Source: an uncultured Oscillospiraceae bacterium (GTDB taxonomy: Bacteria > Bacillota > Clostridia > Saccharofermentanales > Fastidiosipilaceae). From it: a stretch of 64,000 bases of DNA. Numbering within the stretch: position 1 is the stretch's first letter; each line of letters starts with the position of its first letter. The stretch spans positions 25,392 to 89,391 of the forward strand of contig CAYFSS010000003.1 in assembly GCA_964345975.1 (NCBI GenBank), given 5' to 3'. The notes under the pieces were generated by a model, which did no database searches, was not told the DNA's origin, and saw nothing but the letters and a program-made list of their open reading frames with translations. Positions 40,349 through 48,532 of this stretch are shown in pieces. A program made the position numbers and the translations under genes.

Positions 40349-41479
40349 ATGGCCAGTAAGAAGAAAACAGAGACAATGCCCAGCTCGGAAGCCGAGCGTG
40401 GTAAGGCACTGGAAGCTGCAATTAAGAAGATTGAGAAGGACTTCGGCAAAGGTGCAATCATGCGCATGGGCGATGACGGAAATGCCAATGTGGCAGTCAT
40501 CCCTTCCGGAATCTTGACCTTAGATATCGCTCTTGGGATCGGGGGTGTGCCTCGTGGCCGCGTCCTTGAAATCTATGGACCTGAGTCTTCAGGTAAAACG
40601 ACCGTAGCGCTCCATATGGTTGCTGCTGCCCAACAAAATGGTGGCAATGCCGCCTTTGTCGATGCTGAGCATGCTCTTGATCCAAGTTATGCTGAACGTC
40701 TTGGAGTCGATATTGATAATCTCTTGGTTTCCCAACCGGATAACGGCGAACAAGGCTTGGAGATCACTGAAGCTTTGGTGCGCAGTGGAGCTGTTGATAT
40801 CGTTGTCGTCGACTCAGTCGCAGCCTTGACTCCTAGGGCAGAAATCGATGGTGAAATGGGTGATAGCGTCATGGGTTTGCAAGCCAGGCTCATGAGTCAA
40901 GCTTTGCGTAAACTCACATCGATCATCTCTAAAAGTCGTACAACCGTCATCTTTATCAACCAATTACGTGAGAAGATCGGGGTCATGTTTGGTAGCCCTG
41001 AAACTACCCCTGGTGGTCGAGCCATGAAGTTTTATTCTTCGATTCGTCTCGATGTCCGTCGCGGTGAACGCATTATGGCTGAAGGCGAGCAGATCGGGAA
41101 TGCGACGCGTGTCAAAGTTGTCAAGAACAAGTTGGCTCCACCCTTTAAAGAAGCACGCTTTGATCTTATCTACGGTAAAGGAGCATCCAATCTTGGCTGT
41201 GTCTTAGACGTTGCAGCAGATCTCGATATCGTTCAGAAGGCGGGAGCTTGGTATAGCTATGGTGATGATCGCCTAGGCCAAGGCCGTGATAATTCAATTG
41301 CTTTCTTAGAAGAGAATCCTGCCTTAGTGCGAGAAATCGAGAACAAGGTCCGTGAACATTACGGTCTGGATAGCACAGCAACTATTGTGCCCGAGGTCGT
41401 CGAGCAGGTTGAAGAACCTGAAGAAGATGTCCCGGATCTCTTAGAAGATCTCCTAGGTCTAGACGAACTCGATGATTGA
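40349..41479 (+). CDS. recA: Recombinase RecA
   Basis: The ATG at 40349 follows GAAGGAGG. Walker A is GPESSGKTT and Walker B is VVVDSVAAL. Full-length RecA similarity is evident, with an acidic C-terminal tail. Confidence 0.98.
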   Translation: MASKKKTETMPSSEAERGKALEAAIKKIEKDFGKGAIMRMGDDGNANVAVIPSGILTLDIALGIGGVPRGRVLEIYGPESSGKTTVALHMVAAAQQNGGNAAFVDAEHALDPSYAERLGVDIDNLLVSQPDNGEQGLEITEALVRSGAVDIVVVDSVAALTPRAEIDGEMGDSVMGLQARLMSQALRKLTSIISKSRTTVIFINQLREKIGVMFGSPETTPGGRAMKFYSSIRLDVRRGERIMAEGEQIGNATRVKVVKNKLAPPFKEARFDLIYGKGASNLGCVLDVAADLDIVQKAGAWYSYGDDRLGQGRDNSIAFLEENPALVREIENKVREHYGLDSTATIVPEVVEQVEEPEEDVPDLLEDLLGLDELDD

Positions 41480-42020
41480 TCTTGAGAATATCCTCAAAGA
41501 TAAGCCGTCGATTCTTCCCAACCAAGAAACCCTTGTCGCTCGCGAGCTTGCAATCTCTTATATTCGATTTAGCGGATCTAAGAGCAGTGGTCAAGTGATA
41601 AAACACTTGCGATCTAAAGGCGTCGCAGAAGAACTCATAAAGTCGACGGCGATTTCGCTTCAATCGGATGCATGGATCAATGACCATCATCTTGCAAGGA
41701 GAATCGTTGAGGAACGGCGAGGTCGTAAGATCGAAGGTGAACCTGCCCTGCGGCACCGAATGGTTCGGCGGGGCATTCCTCGTGATGTCATCGATGAGGT
41801 CATGGCAGAGAGGGAGACGGACGAAGTTGCTGACGTCAAAACCTTCCTTGGTCAACGCTGTGCAGATGAAATTCATGCCTTAGAATCCTTGGAACTTTCT
41901 TTTGAGGAGCATCGTAAATTGACTCAGAGAATCTTGCGCCGGGCTCAAGGTCGAGGCTTCTCATTAGGTGTATGCCTTCAAGTATTAAGTGAGATGGGAC
42001 TTTCTTTCCATGACGATTAA
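41472..42020 (+). CDS. recX: RecA regulator RecX
   Basis: 182 aa with repeated helical units typical of RecX ([13 protein letters not shown]..., [17 protein letters not shown]). It overlaps the recA stop. Confidence 0.8.
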   Translation: MIDLENILKDKPSILPNQETLVARELAISYIRFSGSKSSGQVIKHLRSKGVAEELIKSTAISLQSDAWINDHHLARRIVEERRGRKIEGEPALRHRMVRRGIPRDVIDEVMAERETDEVADVKTFLGQRCADEIHALESLELSFEEHRKLTQRILRRAQGRGFSLGVCLQVLSEMGLSFHDD

Positions 42021-43377
42021 TTTACGTGAAAACTATCCGGTTTATTTGCTGAGCCTTGGGTGTTCTAAGAACTTGGTCGACGCTGAGTTCCTTTCCGGTT
42101 CTCTTGACAATGCAGGATACCCCTTAGTGAAGGAGCCTAAGGATGCTCGCATCATCATTGTCAATACCTGTGGTTTCATTCAATCTGCCAAAGAAGAAGC
42201 TATTGATGCCGTCCTGGAAATGGCAGATTACAAGGCGGACCACTGTGAACTGCTTGTCATGGCCGGTTGTTTGGCTGAAAGATACAGTGATGAGATTGTA
42301 AAGAGCCTGCCGGAGCTTGACCTCGTCGTCGGTGTTAAATCCTATTATGAAGTTCTTCATGCACTGGATGCCGCTCTCTTTGAAGCGGAATCGAAGAAAG
42401 TCTATAAATCTTCCGAGGCCAAGGATGCGTTAAAACATTTGCGGGGGAAGAGGAATCCTTCAACCGATGTCTACGCCTACTTGAAAATTGCTGAAGGATG
42501 CTATCACAGCTGTGCATACTGTGCGATTCCGCTCATCCGCGGCAAGCACATCTCACGCCCTATGGAAGATCTCATCGACGAAGCTAAGAGCCTGGTTGCC
42601 GGTGGATTTCAAGAACTCGTCACGGTGGCACAAGACTTGTCTGCCTATGGTCTAGATCTCTATGGTGAAAGGAAGTTAAATGACCTGCTTCGGGAACTCC
42701 TAGCAATTCCCGGCCTTCGCAGGCTGCGCACACTGTATCTCTACTGCGATGCTATCAACGATGAGTTTATTGAACTCATGGCAAACCATCCTAATTTCAT
42801 GCCGTACATCGACTTGCCAATCCAACATGCATCGAGTCGTATTCTCAAGAGAATGCGGCGACGCGAGACTCAAGAGATGTTGCGAGCAACATTTCAACGT
42901 CTGCGAGACGCCATTCCCAATGTAGCTCTGAGGACCACGGTCATGCTTGGCTTTCCGGGTGAAACAGAAGAAGACTTTATGGAGCTTCTTAACTTTATTG
43001 AGGAAATCCGTTTCGACCATCTAGGTTGTTTCGTCTTTTCACCGGAAGAAGGGACTCTCGCTGCAACCTTCGAGGATCAGATTGATAGGGACGTGGCAGA
43101 AGATCGTTATCACCAAGTCATGGAGCTTCAACGGAGAATCTCGGAGGAGAAGCTGTCTGCCTTGGTGGGACAACAAGTCGAAGTGCTTCTGGAGGCTGTA
43201 TCGGACGACGGACTCTATTATATCGGCCGCACCGAAAGACAAGCTCCGGAAGTTGATGGCTATGTAAATGTATTAGCACCCAATTATCCGCTCGAGATGG
43301 GTCAGCGCGTACTTGTTGAACTCCTTGAAGCAGAGTCTTACGATTTTATTGGACAGGAAATTACTGTGCTAGAATGA
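42010..43377 (+). CDS. rimO: Ribosomal protein S12 methylthiotransferase RimO (MiaB-family radical SAM)
   Basis: N-terminal UPF0004 domain YLLSLGCSKNLVDAE, radical SAM motif CYHSCAYC and a C-terminal TRAM domain. It lies upstream of pgsA, as in many Firmicutes. The ORF is open from 41989. Confidence 0.88.
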   Translation: MTINLRENYPVYLLSLGCSKNLVDAEFLSGSLDNAGYPLVKEPKDARIIIVNTCGFIQSAKEEAIDAVLEMADYKADHCELLVMAGCLAERYSDEIVKSLPELDLVVGVKSYYEVLHALDAALFEAESKKVYKSSEAKDALKHLRGKRNPSTDVYAYLKIAEGCYHSCAYCAIPLIRGKHISRPMEDLIDEAKSLVAGGFQELVTVAQDLSAYGLDLYGERKLNDLLRELLAIPGLRRLRTLYLYCDAINDEFIELMANHPNFMPYIDLPIQHASSRILKRMRRRETQEMLRATFQRLRDAIPNVALRTTVMLGFPGETEEDFMELLNFIEEIRFDHLGCFVFSPEEGTLAATFEDQIDRDVAEDRYHQVMELQRRISEEKLSALVGQQVEVLLEAVSDDGLYYIGRTERQAPEVDGYVNVLAPNYPLEMGQRVLVELLEAESYDFIGQEITVLE

Positions 43378-43404
43378 GTTGAATTCACTGTTAGGGGGCG
43401 GCCG

Positions 43405-44019
43405 ATGCAGCGAGCGACCATCTTGAATACACCGAATAAACTGAGTCTTCTGAGAATTTTGCTTTCGCCGATTATCTTGCTCTTTATGGTGCCTTTGCGC
43501 GGCATTGAGGGCTTAGCTCCTTGGAATGAATTTGTCGCCCAATGGGGCATTTTCATTGCAGCTGCACTCTTCATTTTTGCCAGCTATACGGACTATCTCG
43601 ATGGTCACCTGGCTCGAAAGAATAGTCAAATCTCCGTCTTCGGACAGTTTATCGATCCTATCGGCGACAAATTATTAGTTCTTACCGTGTTCATTGCCTG
43701 GGTCGAGTTGGGACGGATCACTTCGTTTGTACCCGTCGTTGTTTTACTCCGAGAGTTTATGGTCACCGGTTTAAGACTCTTGGCGATGGGCAAGGGGAAA
43801 GTCATTGCAGCCAGTCCGTTTGGCAAAGCTAAAACCGTCAGCCAATTCGTAGCTCTATATATCTTATTCGTTGAATACTTCTTGCTTCGTTTCTTCGATC
43901 TTGCAGTTTTACAAGATGTTGCCTTCTACGTATCAAATATCGCAATTTTTATCTCCGTTATCCTCACGCTATTGTCGGGCTTGGATTACATGATGAAGAA
44001 CAAGGATGCTTTTTATTGA
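43405..44019 (+). CDS. pgsA: CDP-diacylglycerol--glycerol-3-phosphate 3-phosphatidyltransferase
   Basis: CDP-alcohol phosphatidyltransferase motif DYLDGHLARKNSQISVFGQFIDPIGDKLL, with multiple TM helices. Confidence 0.93.
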   Translation: MQRATILNTPNKLSLLRILLSPIILLFMVPLRGIEGLAPWNEFVAQWGIFIAAALFIFASYTDYLDGHLARKNSQISVFGQFIDPIGDKLLVLTVFIAWVELGRITSFVPVVVLLREFMVTGLRLLAMGKGKVIAASPFGKAKTVSQFVALYILFVEYFLLRFFDLAVLQDVAFYVSNIAIFISVILTLLSGLDYMMKNKDAFY

Positions 44020-44039
44020 AGACATGACGCTGGGTTCAC

Positions 44040-44099
44040 TTGACAGAGTCATGAAACCTACAGCAGAATACCGTATCGATCCGTGAGACGTGATAGAAT
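44040..44099 (+). promoter_or_regulatory. Candidate acpP promoters
   Basis: One candidate is TTGACA (44040-44045), an 18-nt spacer, then CAGAAT (44064-44069). A second is the extended -10 TGaTAGAAT at 44091-44099. Confidence 0.4.
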
Positions 44100-44134
44100 A
44101 GTCCGCAACTTAGTAAAGACTAATAAGCTTATGA

Positions 44135-44149
44135 TGACCATGATGGTCA
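44135..44149. promoter_or_regulatory. Perfect 15-bp palindrome TGACCAT-G-ATGGTCA between the candidate promoters and the acpP RBS (candidate operator)
   Basis: The 7-bp arms are exact reverse complements with a 1-nt centre. That centre is too small for an RNA hairpin, which favours a dimeric DNA-binding site. Confidence 0.45.
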
Positions 44150-44168
44150 ATATACTGGAGGTTTACTT

Positions 44169-44408
44169 ATGACGAATCAAGAAATTCTCGATCGTATGGC
44201 TGAGATCCTCGTTGATCAGCTTGGGGTTGATGAAGACGAAGTGACAATGGATGCTAATTTCATTGAAGATCTCAATGCCGACTCGCTTGATATTGTCGAA
44301 CTTGTGATGAATCTAGAACAAGAATTCGACCTTATGATCCCCGATGAAGAAGCAGAGAATATCAGGACAGTCGGAGACGCTGTTAACTTCATCCAAGAGA
44401 ATCTTTAA
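44169..44408 (+). CDS. acpP: Acyl carrier protein
   Basis: 79 aa with the phosphopantetheine attachment motif [21 protein letters not shown]. Confidence 0.95.
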   Translation: MTNQEILDRMAEILVDQLGVDEDEVTMDANFIEDLNADSLDIVELVMNLEQEFDLMIPDEEAENIRTVGDAVNFIQENL

Positions 44409-44434
44409 GCTACATTATTTAGATATTTGAGAAG

Positions 44435-44470
44435 CGCAAGACTGATCCATCGAGAGGTCTTGCGTTTTTT
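44435..44470 (+). terminator. Rho-independent terminator after acpP
   Basis: CGCAAGAC-N14-GTCTTGCG followed by TTTTTT at 44465-44470. Confidence 0.8.
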
Positions 44471-44534
44471 ATGCTTGACTGCGGTAAAATAGAGGATAGT
44501 TATAGGCTTACTCGTTACCTGTTGGAGGTGTACG

Positions 44535-46058
44535 ATGTCGAAAAAACTGCCTGACAAGAAAAACAAAGGCAATGTAAGTGATGACGGACTACAAGCGTTG
44601 GACGTTCACCGTGTAAGTTCAGTAGATGATTCTACCGAGTCGGAGTTCTTGGAAGAAGATATGTCTGACGATGAAGCGTTCAAGCCTACGGATCGGGTTG
44701 AAATTAGAACCATTGAAGCGGACGAGGTTGCGGGAGCAAACGATGAGTCCGAATCTGAGATAGAGACTATAGATGAGCAAATCGATGAGTCCGACAACGG
44801 TCAGACCCTTGATGATGTTGAAGAACCTGATTCATTAAGCGCCGTGAATATAGAATCTGCGATTGAGTCGAGTGAGGATTCTCTCTCAGCTATGACGCAA
44901 GAAGATGAAGAATCTGAGGGGATGACCACGATCGAATCCACAGAAGTCATCTATCAGGAAGGTGATCAAGTCATCAAAGAGTCTGTGGACGTTGTCACTG
45001 TGGCATCGGTTGATGAAATACCGCAGGAAAGCGAACAAGAGGATCTGACAGCATCCGATGATATAGGGGTTGTACACGACGCCGAGTATACGGAGAACGA
45101 AGAAGCCGTCTCTGAAGAAGAGGCCTCGGACATTGAAGATGATGTAGCAGAGGATGGGGTGCAAGTTATTGCAAAGTATCCCTATGGTCTTACATCAAAA
45201 CCTCGCGTAACCGCGGGTCTTCGCAATGTTCTCTTAGTCTTATTTGTTCTTTGGATTGGGTTTGTGTTTGTAGCGCCCTTTATCTTACCCCAAGGCCTGG
45301 ATACCCCCAACTTAGACCTCCTAACAGGTGAGCATTTACTTGGCACTGACAGTGTCGGTAGAGACGTTTTGTCGACGACTTTGAAGGCGGGTAGGACTTC
45401 GCTGATTTATGCTCTAATCCCGACCCTTATCGGTTTGTTTGGAATTCTTTTGACTTATAGGAATTGGAGTGATCCATCTTCCACATATTCAAGAGCCTAC
45501 CTCATGCGCCCAATGCCATTCACGGTTATTAGCATCATCGCCTCATTTGCAATGGGCTTATTCTTGCCTCGCACATGGGTTTATTTCATCATCGTAGCTT
45601 TCTTATCACTTGTCTTGTGGTTGCGTGAGGCATTTGCTGTTGCTCATTATATAAAAGCCTATAGACAGGCTCGTCCTAATCAATTTAGTTACTATTTGGG
45701 AGCTCGAGAGTTAGATAACATTCGCTATACCTATGGGCAAGAAGTGCGTGCAGCTTTCTTAAACGGAGTTCTCAATGTCTTCTTAAGGGCTTATCTCATC
45801 ATTAGTGTTTTACCCTTTACCGATAACAGTCTATCGGTGCCACAGCGTGCGGATTGGGCCAGTCATATCATCTTGCCTCTGCGACAAGGGGTAAGCATCT
45901 TAGATCCAAATGTGCTGCCACATTTTATTGGTTGGGCGATACCATTGGTTTTGGTCATTCTTATCATTCTCCTAAATCTCAGAGTAGCTAGGCGACAGAA
46001 GGTTCTATCGACCATGCGAATGCGAGCTAATCACTGGCGCGCCGGAGATGAGGTCTAA
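44535..46058 (+). CDS. Divergent OppC/DppC-like ABC permease-fold membrane protein with a roughly 215-aa polyacidic N-terminal extension; function unknown
   Basis: Strong RBS GGAGGTG. Residues 1-215 are rich in D, E and S. TM1 is LLVLFVLWIGFVFVAPFIL, followed by the OppC hallmark HLLGTDSVGRDVLSTTLKAGRTSL. Compare OppC in this window, HPFGTDDIGRDMFSLVWAGARTSL. Five or so further hydrophobic segments and a degenerate EAA-type loop follow. Confidence 0.75.
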   Translation: MSKKLPDKKNKGNVSDDGLQALDVHRVSSVDDSTESEFLEEDMSDDEAFKPTDRVEIRTIEADEVAGANDESESEIETIDEQIDESDNGQTLDDVEEPDSLSAVNIESAIESSEDSLSAMTQEDEESEGMTTIESTEVIYQEGDQVIKESVDVVTVASVDEIPQESEQEDLTASDDIGVVHDAEYTENEEAVSEEEASDIEDDVAEDGVQVIAKYPYGLTSKPRVTAGLRNVLLVLFVLWIGFVFVAPFILPQGLDTPNLDLLTGEHLLGTDSVGRDVLSTTLKAGRTSLIYALIPTLIGLFGILLTYRNWSDPSSTYSRAYLMRPMPFTVISIIASFAMGLFLPRTWVYFIIVAFLSLVLWLREAFAVAHYIKAYRQARPNQFSYYLGARELDNIRYTYGQEVRAAFLNGVLNVFLRAYLIISVLPFTDNSLSVPQRADWASHIILPLRQGVSILDPNVLPHFIGWAIPLVLVILIILLNLRVARRQKVLSTMRMRANHWRAGDEV

Positions 46059-47594
46059 ATGGCAAAATTTAAGTATGAGGATTTCATTCTTCGATTTACC
46101 AATCTAAAGTATGAGTCACATGACCCTGACGTTACCGGATTAGCGGATTTCTTTTTAGGCATTCGCTACGGTGAGTCTTTAGGCCTAACGTCGGAAACCA
46201 ATTCCGGCAGTGATACAGTCCGTGACATGCTCTTTGGCACTATAAAAGCCGACCAAGGACAGATCATGTACTACGGGCGCAGCATCGATGAAGTTGCTCC
46301 CATTTATATGCGTGAGAATTACCGTAATTTGCGTCGTGAACGCAACCGCTTAGGTCGTATTCAGGAAAAAAGAAACCGGTTGGAAGCAGAATTGCAGGCG
46401 GCCGGGAATAATGTAAGCGATGATCTCCGGCAAGCCGTGGAAAATGCCAGAGGGGCTTTTTTAGCACAATATTTCAATTTTGTGCAATTGCAAGGTGGCT
46501 TTGTTCAACTCGATGAACCCGATATTTTAGCGCCTTATTACAGCAAACGATACGACTTAGCCCTCGAATATAGGGACGTCGTAGCTGAGATTGAAGAGGC
46601 GGACGCGCTCTATCGAGATCTCCAAGCCGAGCGAACGGAGCAAGAGGATAATCCGCGCTTGGATCAGCGTATGTTTGAATTATCCGAGGAAATGGATGAA
46701 CTGCAATCTGAGCTTGTCGAGATCCAGTGGGAGCTTGAGGAAATCCTGGGCCTTATTCATAGCTGGAAGGAGCCATATCTTCATTCAGAAGAATTCTTGC
46801 GTCATGAACGTGAACTCGATGAGTCGATAAGTTTATTTCGTTTGACGCATGAAGAAAGAAGACATCTTTTCAGAGATCTACAGTATGTGCCTTCTTTCAG
46901 CCCCGATTTGTTTGACCCGGATCAGACCTTCGAAGAAGTACTTCAGGCCGGTTTGGTTTATCAAGGCCTGTTCAAAGCAGGGAAAGCATCGACTAAAGCG
47001 TATTTGCAGCAGATCCTTCAGATGCTCGATATGAAGGCTGAAGACTTGCAAAGACCTATAACGACTGCAACGAATTATGAAGCTTTCCGTTTATTGCTTG
47101 GGAGAAGTTTAGCCCTTCACCCGAAGCTCATTTATCTCGATGAACCGCTTCGTCATCTTTCGGAAGCCGATCGGGAAGCTGCCTATGAATTAATTTTGGA
47201 TCTTAGAGAAAATCGTGATTTGACCTTAATCATTGCTTCACAAGATGTGAAGACGCTTGCCGTCCTTACGGATCGTTGCGCTGTGCTATGCGAAGGGCAT
47301 CTTGTAGAGCTCTACAATACTCAATCGCTCATTGCGGCACCCTTTCATCCTTATACCGCTGCGCTGCTTGCCTCACACCCTGAGATGAACGGTCAAGAAG
47401 CGTGGACGAAGTTCCGTTTGAAGACCGATGAGGGTGACGGTTTGGATTTCCTATCGGAGGCTTGTCCTTTCAGTCCTCGCTGCCTCTATAGAGGGGAACT
47501 TTGTGTGCGAAATCCAGAACTCACGATGGCCGGGAGCGGTCATTTCTATGCCTGCCATTACCCGCTGTATGGACAAGGCCCGCAACGCGTCTAG
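46059..47594 (+). CDS. Degenerate OppD/F-like ABC nucleotide-binding-domain protein (predicted pseudo-ATPase) with a charged helical insertion and a C-terminal 4-Cys motif
   Basis: The ATG abuts the upstream TAA (46056-46061). It aligns by eye with OppF in this window: ILRFTNL...YGESLGLTSETNSGSDTV against LLEVNNL...[18 protein letters not shown]. Walker B is retained (KLIYLDEP). The signature is replaced (ATNYE) and the H-loop is ASQD. The C-terminus has PFHPYTAALL and CPFSPRCLYRGELC...YAC. Confidence 0.8.
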   Translation: MAKFKYEDFILRFTNLKYESHDPDVTGLADFFLGIRYGESLGLTSETNSGSDTVRDMLFGTIKADQGQIMYYGRSIDEVAPIYMRENYRNLRRERNRLGRIQEKRNRLEAELQAAGNNVSDDLRQAVENARGAFLAQYFNFVQLQGGFVQLDEPDILAPYYSKRYDLALEYRDVVAEIEEADALYRDLQAERTEQEDNPRLDQRMFELSEEMDELQSELVEIQWELEEILGLIHSWKEPYLHSEEFLRHERELDESISLFRLTHEERRHLFRDLQYVPSFSPDLFDPDQTFEEVLQAGLVYQGLFKAGKASTKAYLQQILQMLDMKAEDLQRPITTATNYEAFRLLLGRSLALHPKLIYLDEPLRHLSEADREAAYELILDLRENRDLTLIIASQDVKTLAVLTDRCAVLCEGHLVELYNTQSLIAAPFHPYTAALLASHPEMNGQEAWTKFRLKTDEGDGLDFLSEACPFSPRCLYRGELCVRNPELTMAGSGHFYACHYPLYGQGPQRV

Positions 47595-47608
47595 GGTTTA
47601 ATACGCAT

Positions 47609-47655
47609 CTATATTGTGTTTCACTTGGCTTAGGCGAGTGGAATATAGTTATTTT
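47609..47655 (+). terminator. Weak candidate terminator after the ABC-like pair
   Basis: AT-rich stem CTATATT...AATATAG with inner CACT/AGTG, followed by TTATTTT. Confidence 0.35.
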
Positions 47656-47803
47656 GCGCTCTTGTGATATGTTGATCATGAAGTCATTGGAATTTCGGTC
47701 TGACGTCGTCTGACGCTTGTTTGCTTTAGTATGACTTCGTCTGATGGTAACCCTCCTGCCTTATCTGCTTATTAGTTTATTGATACCCAAGAAAGGTGAA
47801 TTG

Positions 47804-48532
47804 ATGCAAAGAACGTTGCCCGAACAAATCCTGGCACCTCATTATGTCTTTCGTGATCTGTCGTTACTGCAAGAAGCACTGACGCATAGTTCTTGGGCTA
47901 ATGAACACCCGCCGACCCGTGACAATGAACGCTTGGAATTTTTGGGGGACGCCATTCTACAATTTCTTGCAACGGAAGCGCTTTATCTTGCTGATAATCA
48001 ATCTTCTGAAGGGCAAATGACAAGCCTCCGACAACTGATTGTGCGTGAAGAAGCTTTAGCTGCGGCAGCGGTGCGCTTGAATCTCGGCTCTCATCTATAC
48101 CTTGGTCAAGGTGAAATTGCCGGAGGAGGCTCGGCTAAGAGTTCTAATCTTGCAGATGCTTTTGAAGCCTTGCTTGCAGCGGTGTTTCTCGATGCGGAGA
48201 CAGCAGATGGAGCAGGTTTAGCTGCGGCTCGCCTGATCGCAAAACTTAGCTTAAAGCAAACCCTGGATGATGCTAGAGCAGGGAAGATTGTTGCAAATTA
48301 CAAATCTCAGTTTCTCGAATGGGTTCAAGAATTTCCTGACCGCAAACCTGTCACGTATAAGCTCGTTAAGCGAGAAGGTCCGGCGCATGAACCGATCTTC
48401 CATATGGTTCTTGAGATTGGGGACTATGTTGTAGCAAGGGCTCAGGCTTCGAGCAAGAAGCAAGCAGAACAAGCATTGAGTGAAATTGCTTGGAAGAAGC
48501 GAGCCGAGCTTGAGGAGGTTATCAAAGCGTGA
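47804..48532 (+). CDS. rnc: Ribonuclease III
   Basis: RNase III signature ERLEFLGDAIL and a C-terminal dsRBD (KSQFLEWVQ...GPAHEPIF). The ATG at 47804 follows GAAAGGTG; the ORF is open from 47744. Confidence 0.93.
   Translation: MQRTLPEQILAPHYVFRDLSLLQEALTHSSWANEHPPTRDNERLEFLGDAILQFLATEALYLADNQSSEGQMTSLRQLIVREEALAAAAVRLNLGSHLYLGQGEIAGGGSAKSSNLADAFEALLAAVFLDAETADGAGLAAARLIAKLSLKQTLDDARAGKIVANYKSQFLEWVQEFPDRKPVTYKLVKREGPAHEPIFHMVLEIGDYVVARAQASSKKQAEQALSEIAWKKRAELEEVIKA

Noticed and set aside
46500-46523. FVQLDEPD inside the pseudo-NBD insertion as a second Walker B.
   Set aside because: It lies inside the inserted helical region and out of register with the ABC fold. The authentic Walker B equivalent is KLIYLDEP at 47124-47147.
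47744-47803. Upstream in-frame start codons that extend rnc from 47744. The same issue arises for recA (40334), cinA (36111), rimO (41989), the aldolase (18737), the TGase-fold gene (20401), cutC (20279) and the Trx-like gene (30274).
   Set aside because: In each case a downstream start is preceded by a clear Shine-Dalgarno sequence and gives the canonical N-terminus. The upstream extensions lack an RBS or overlap neighbouring genes.
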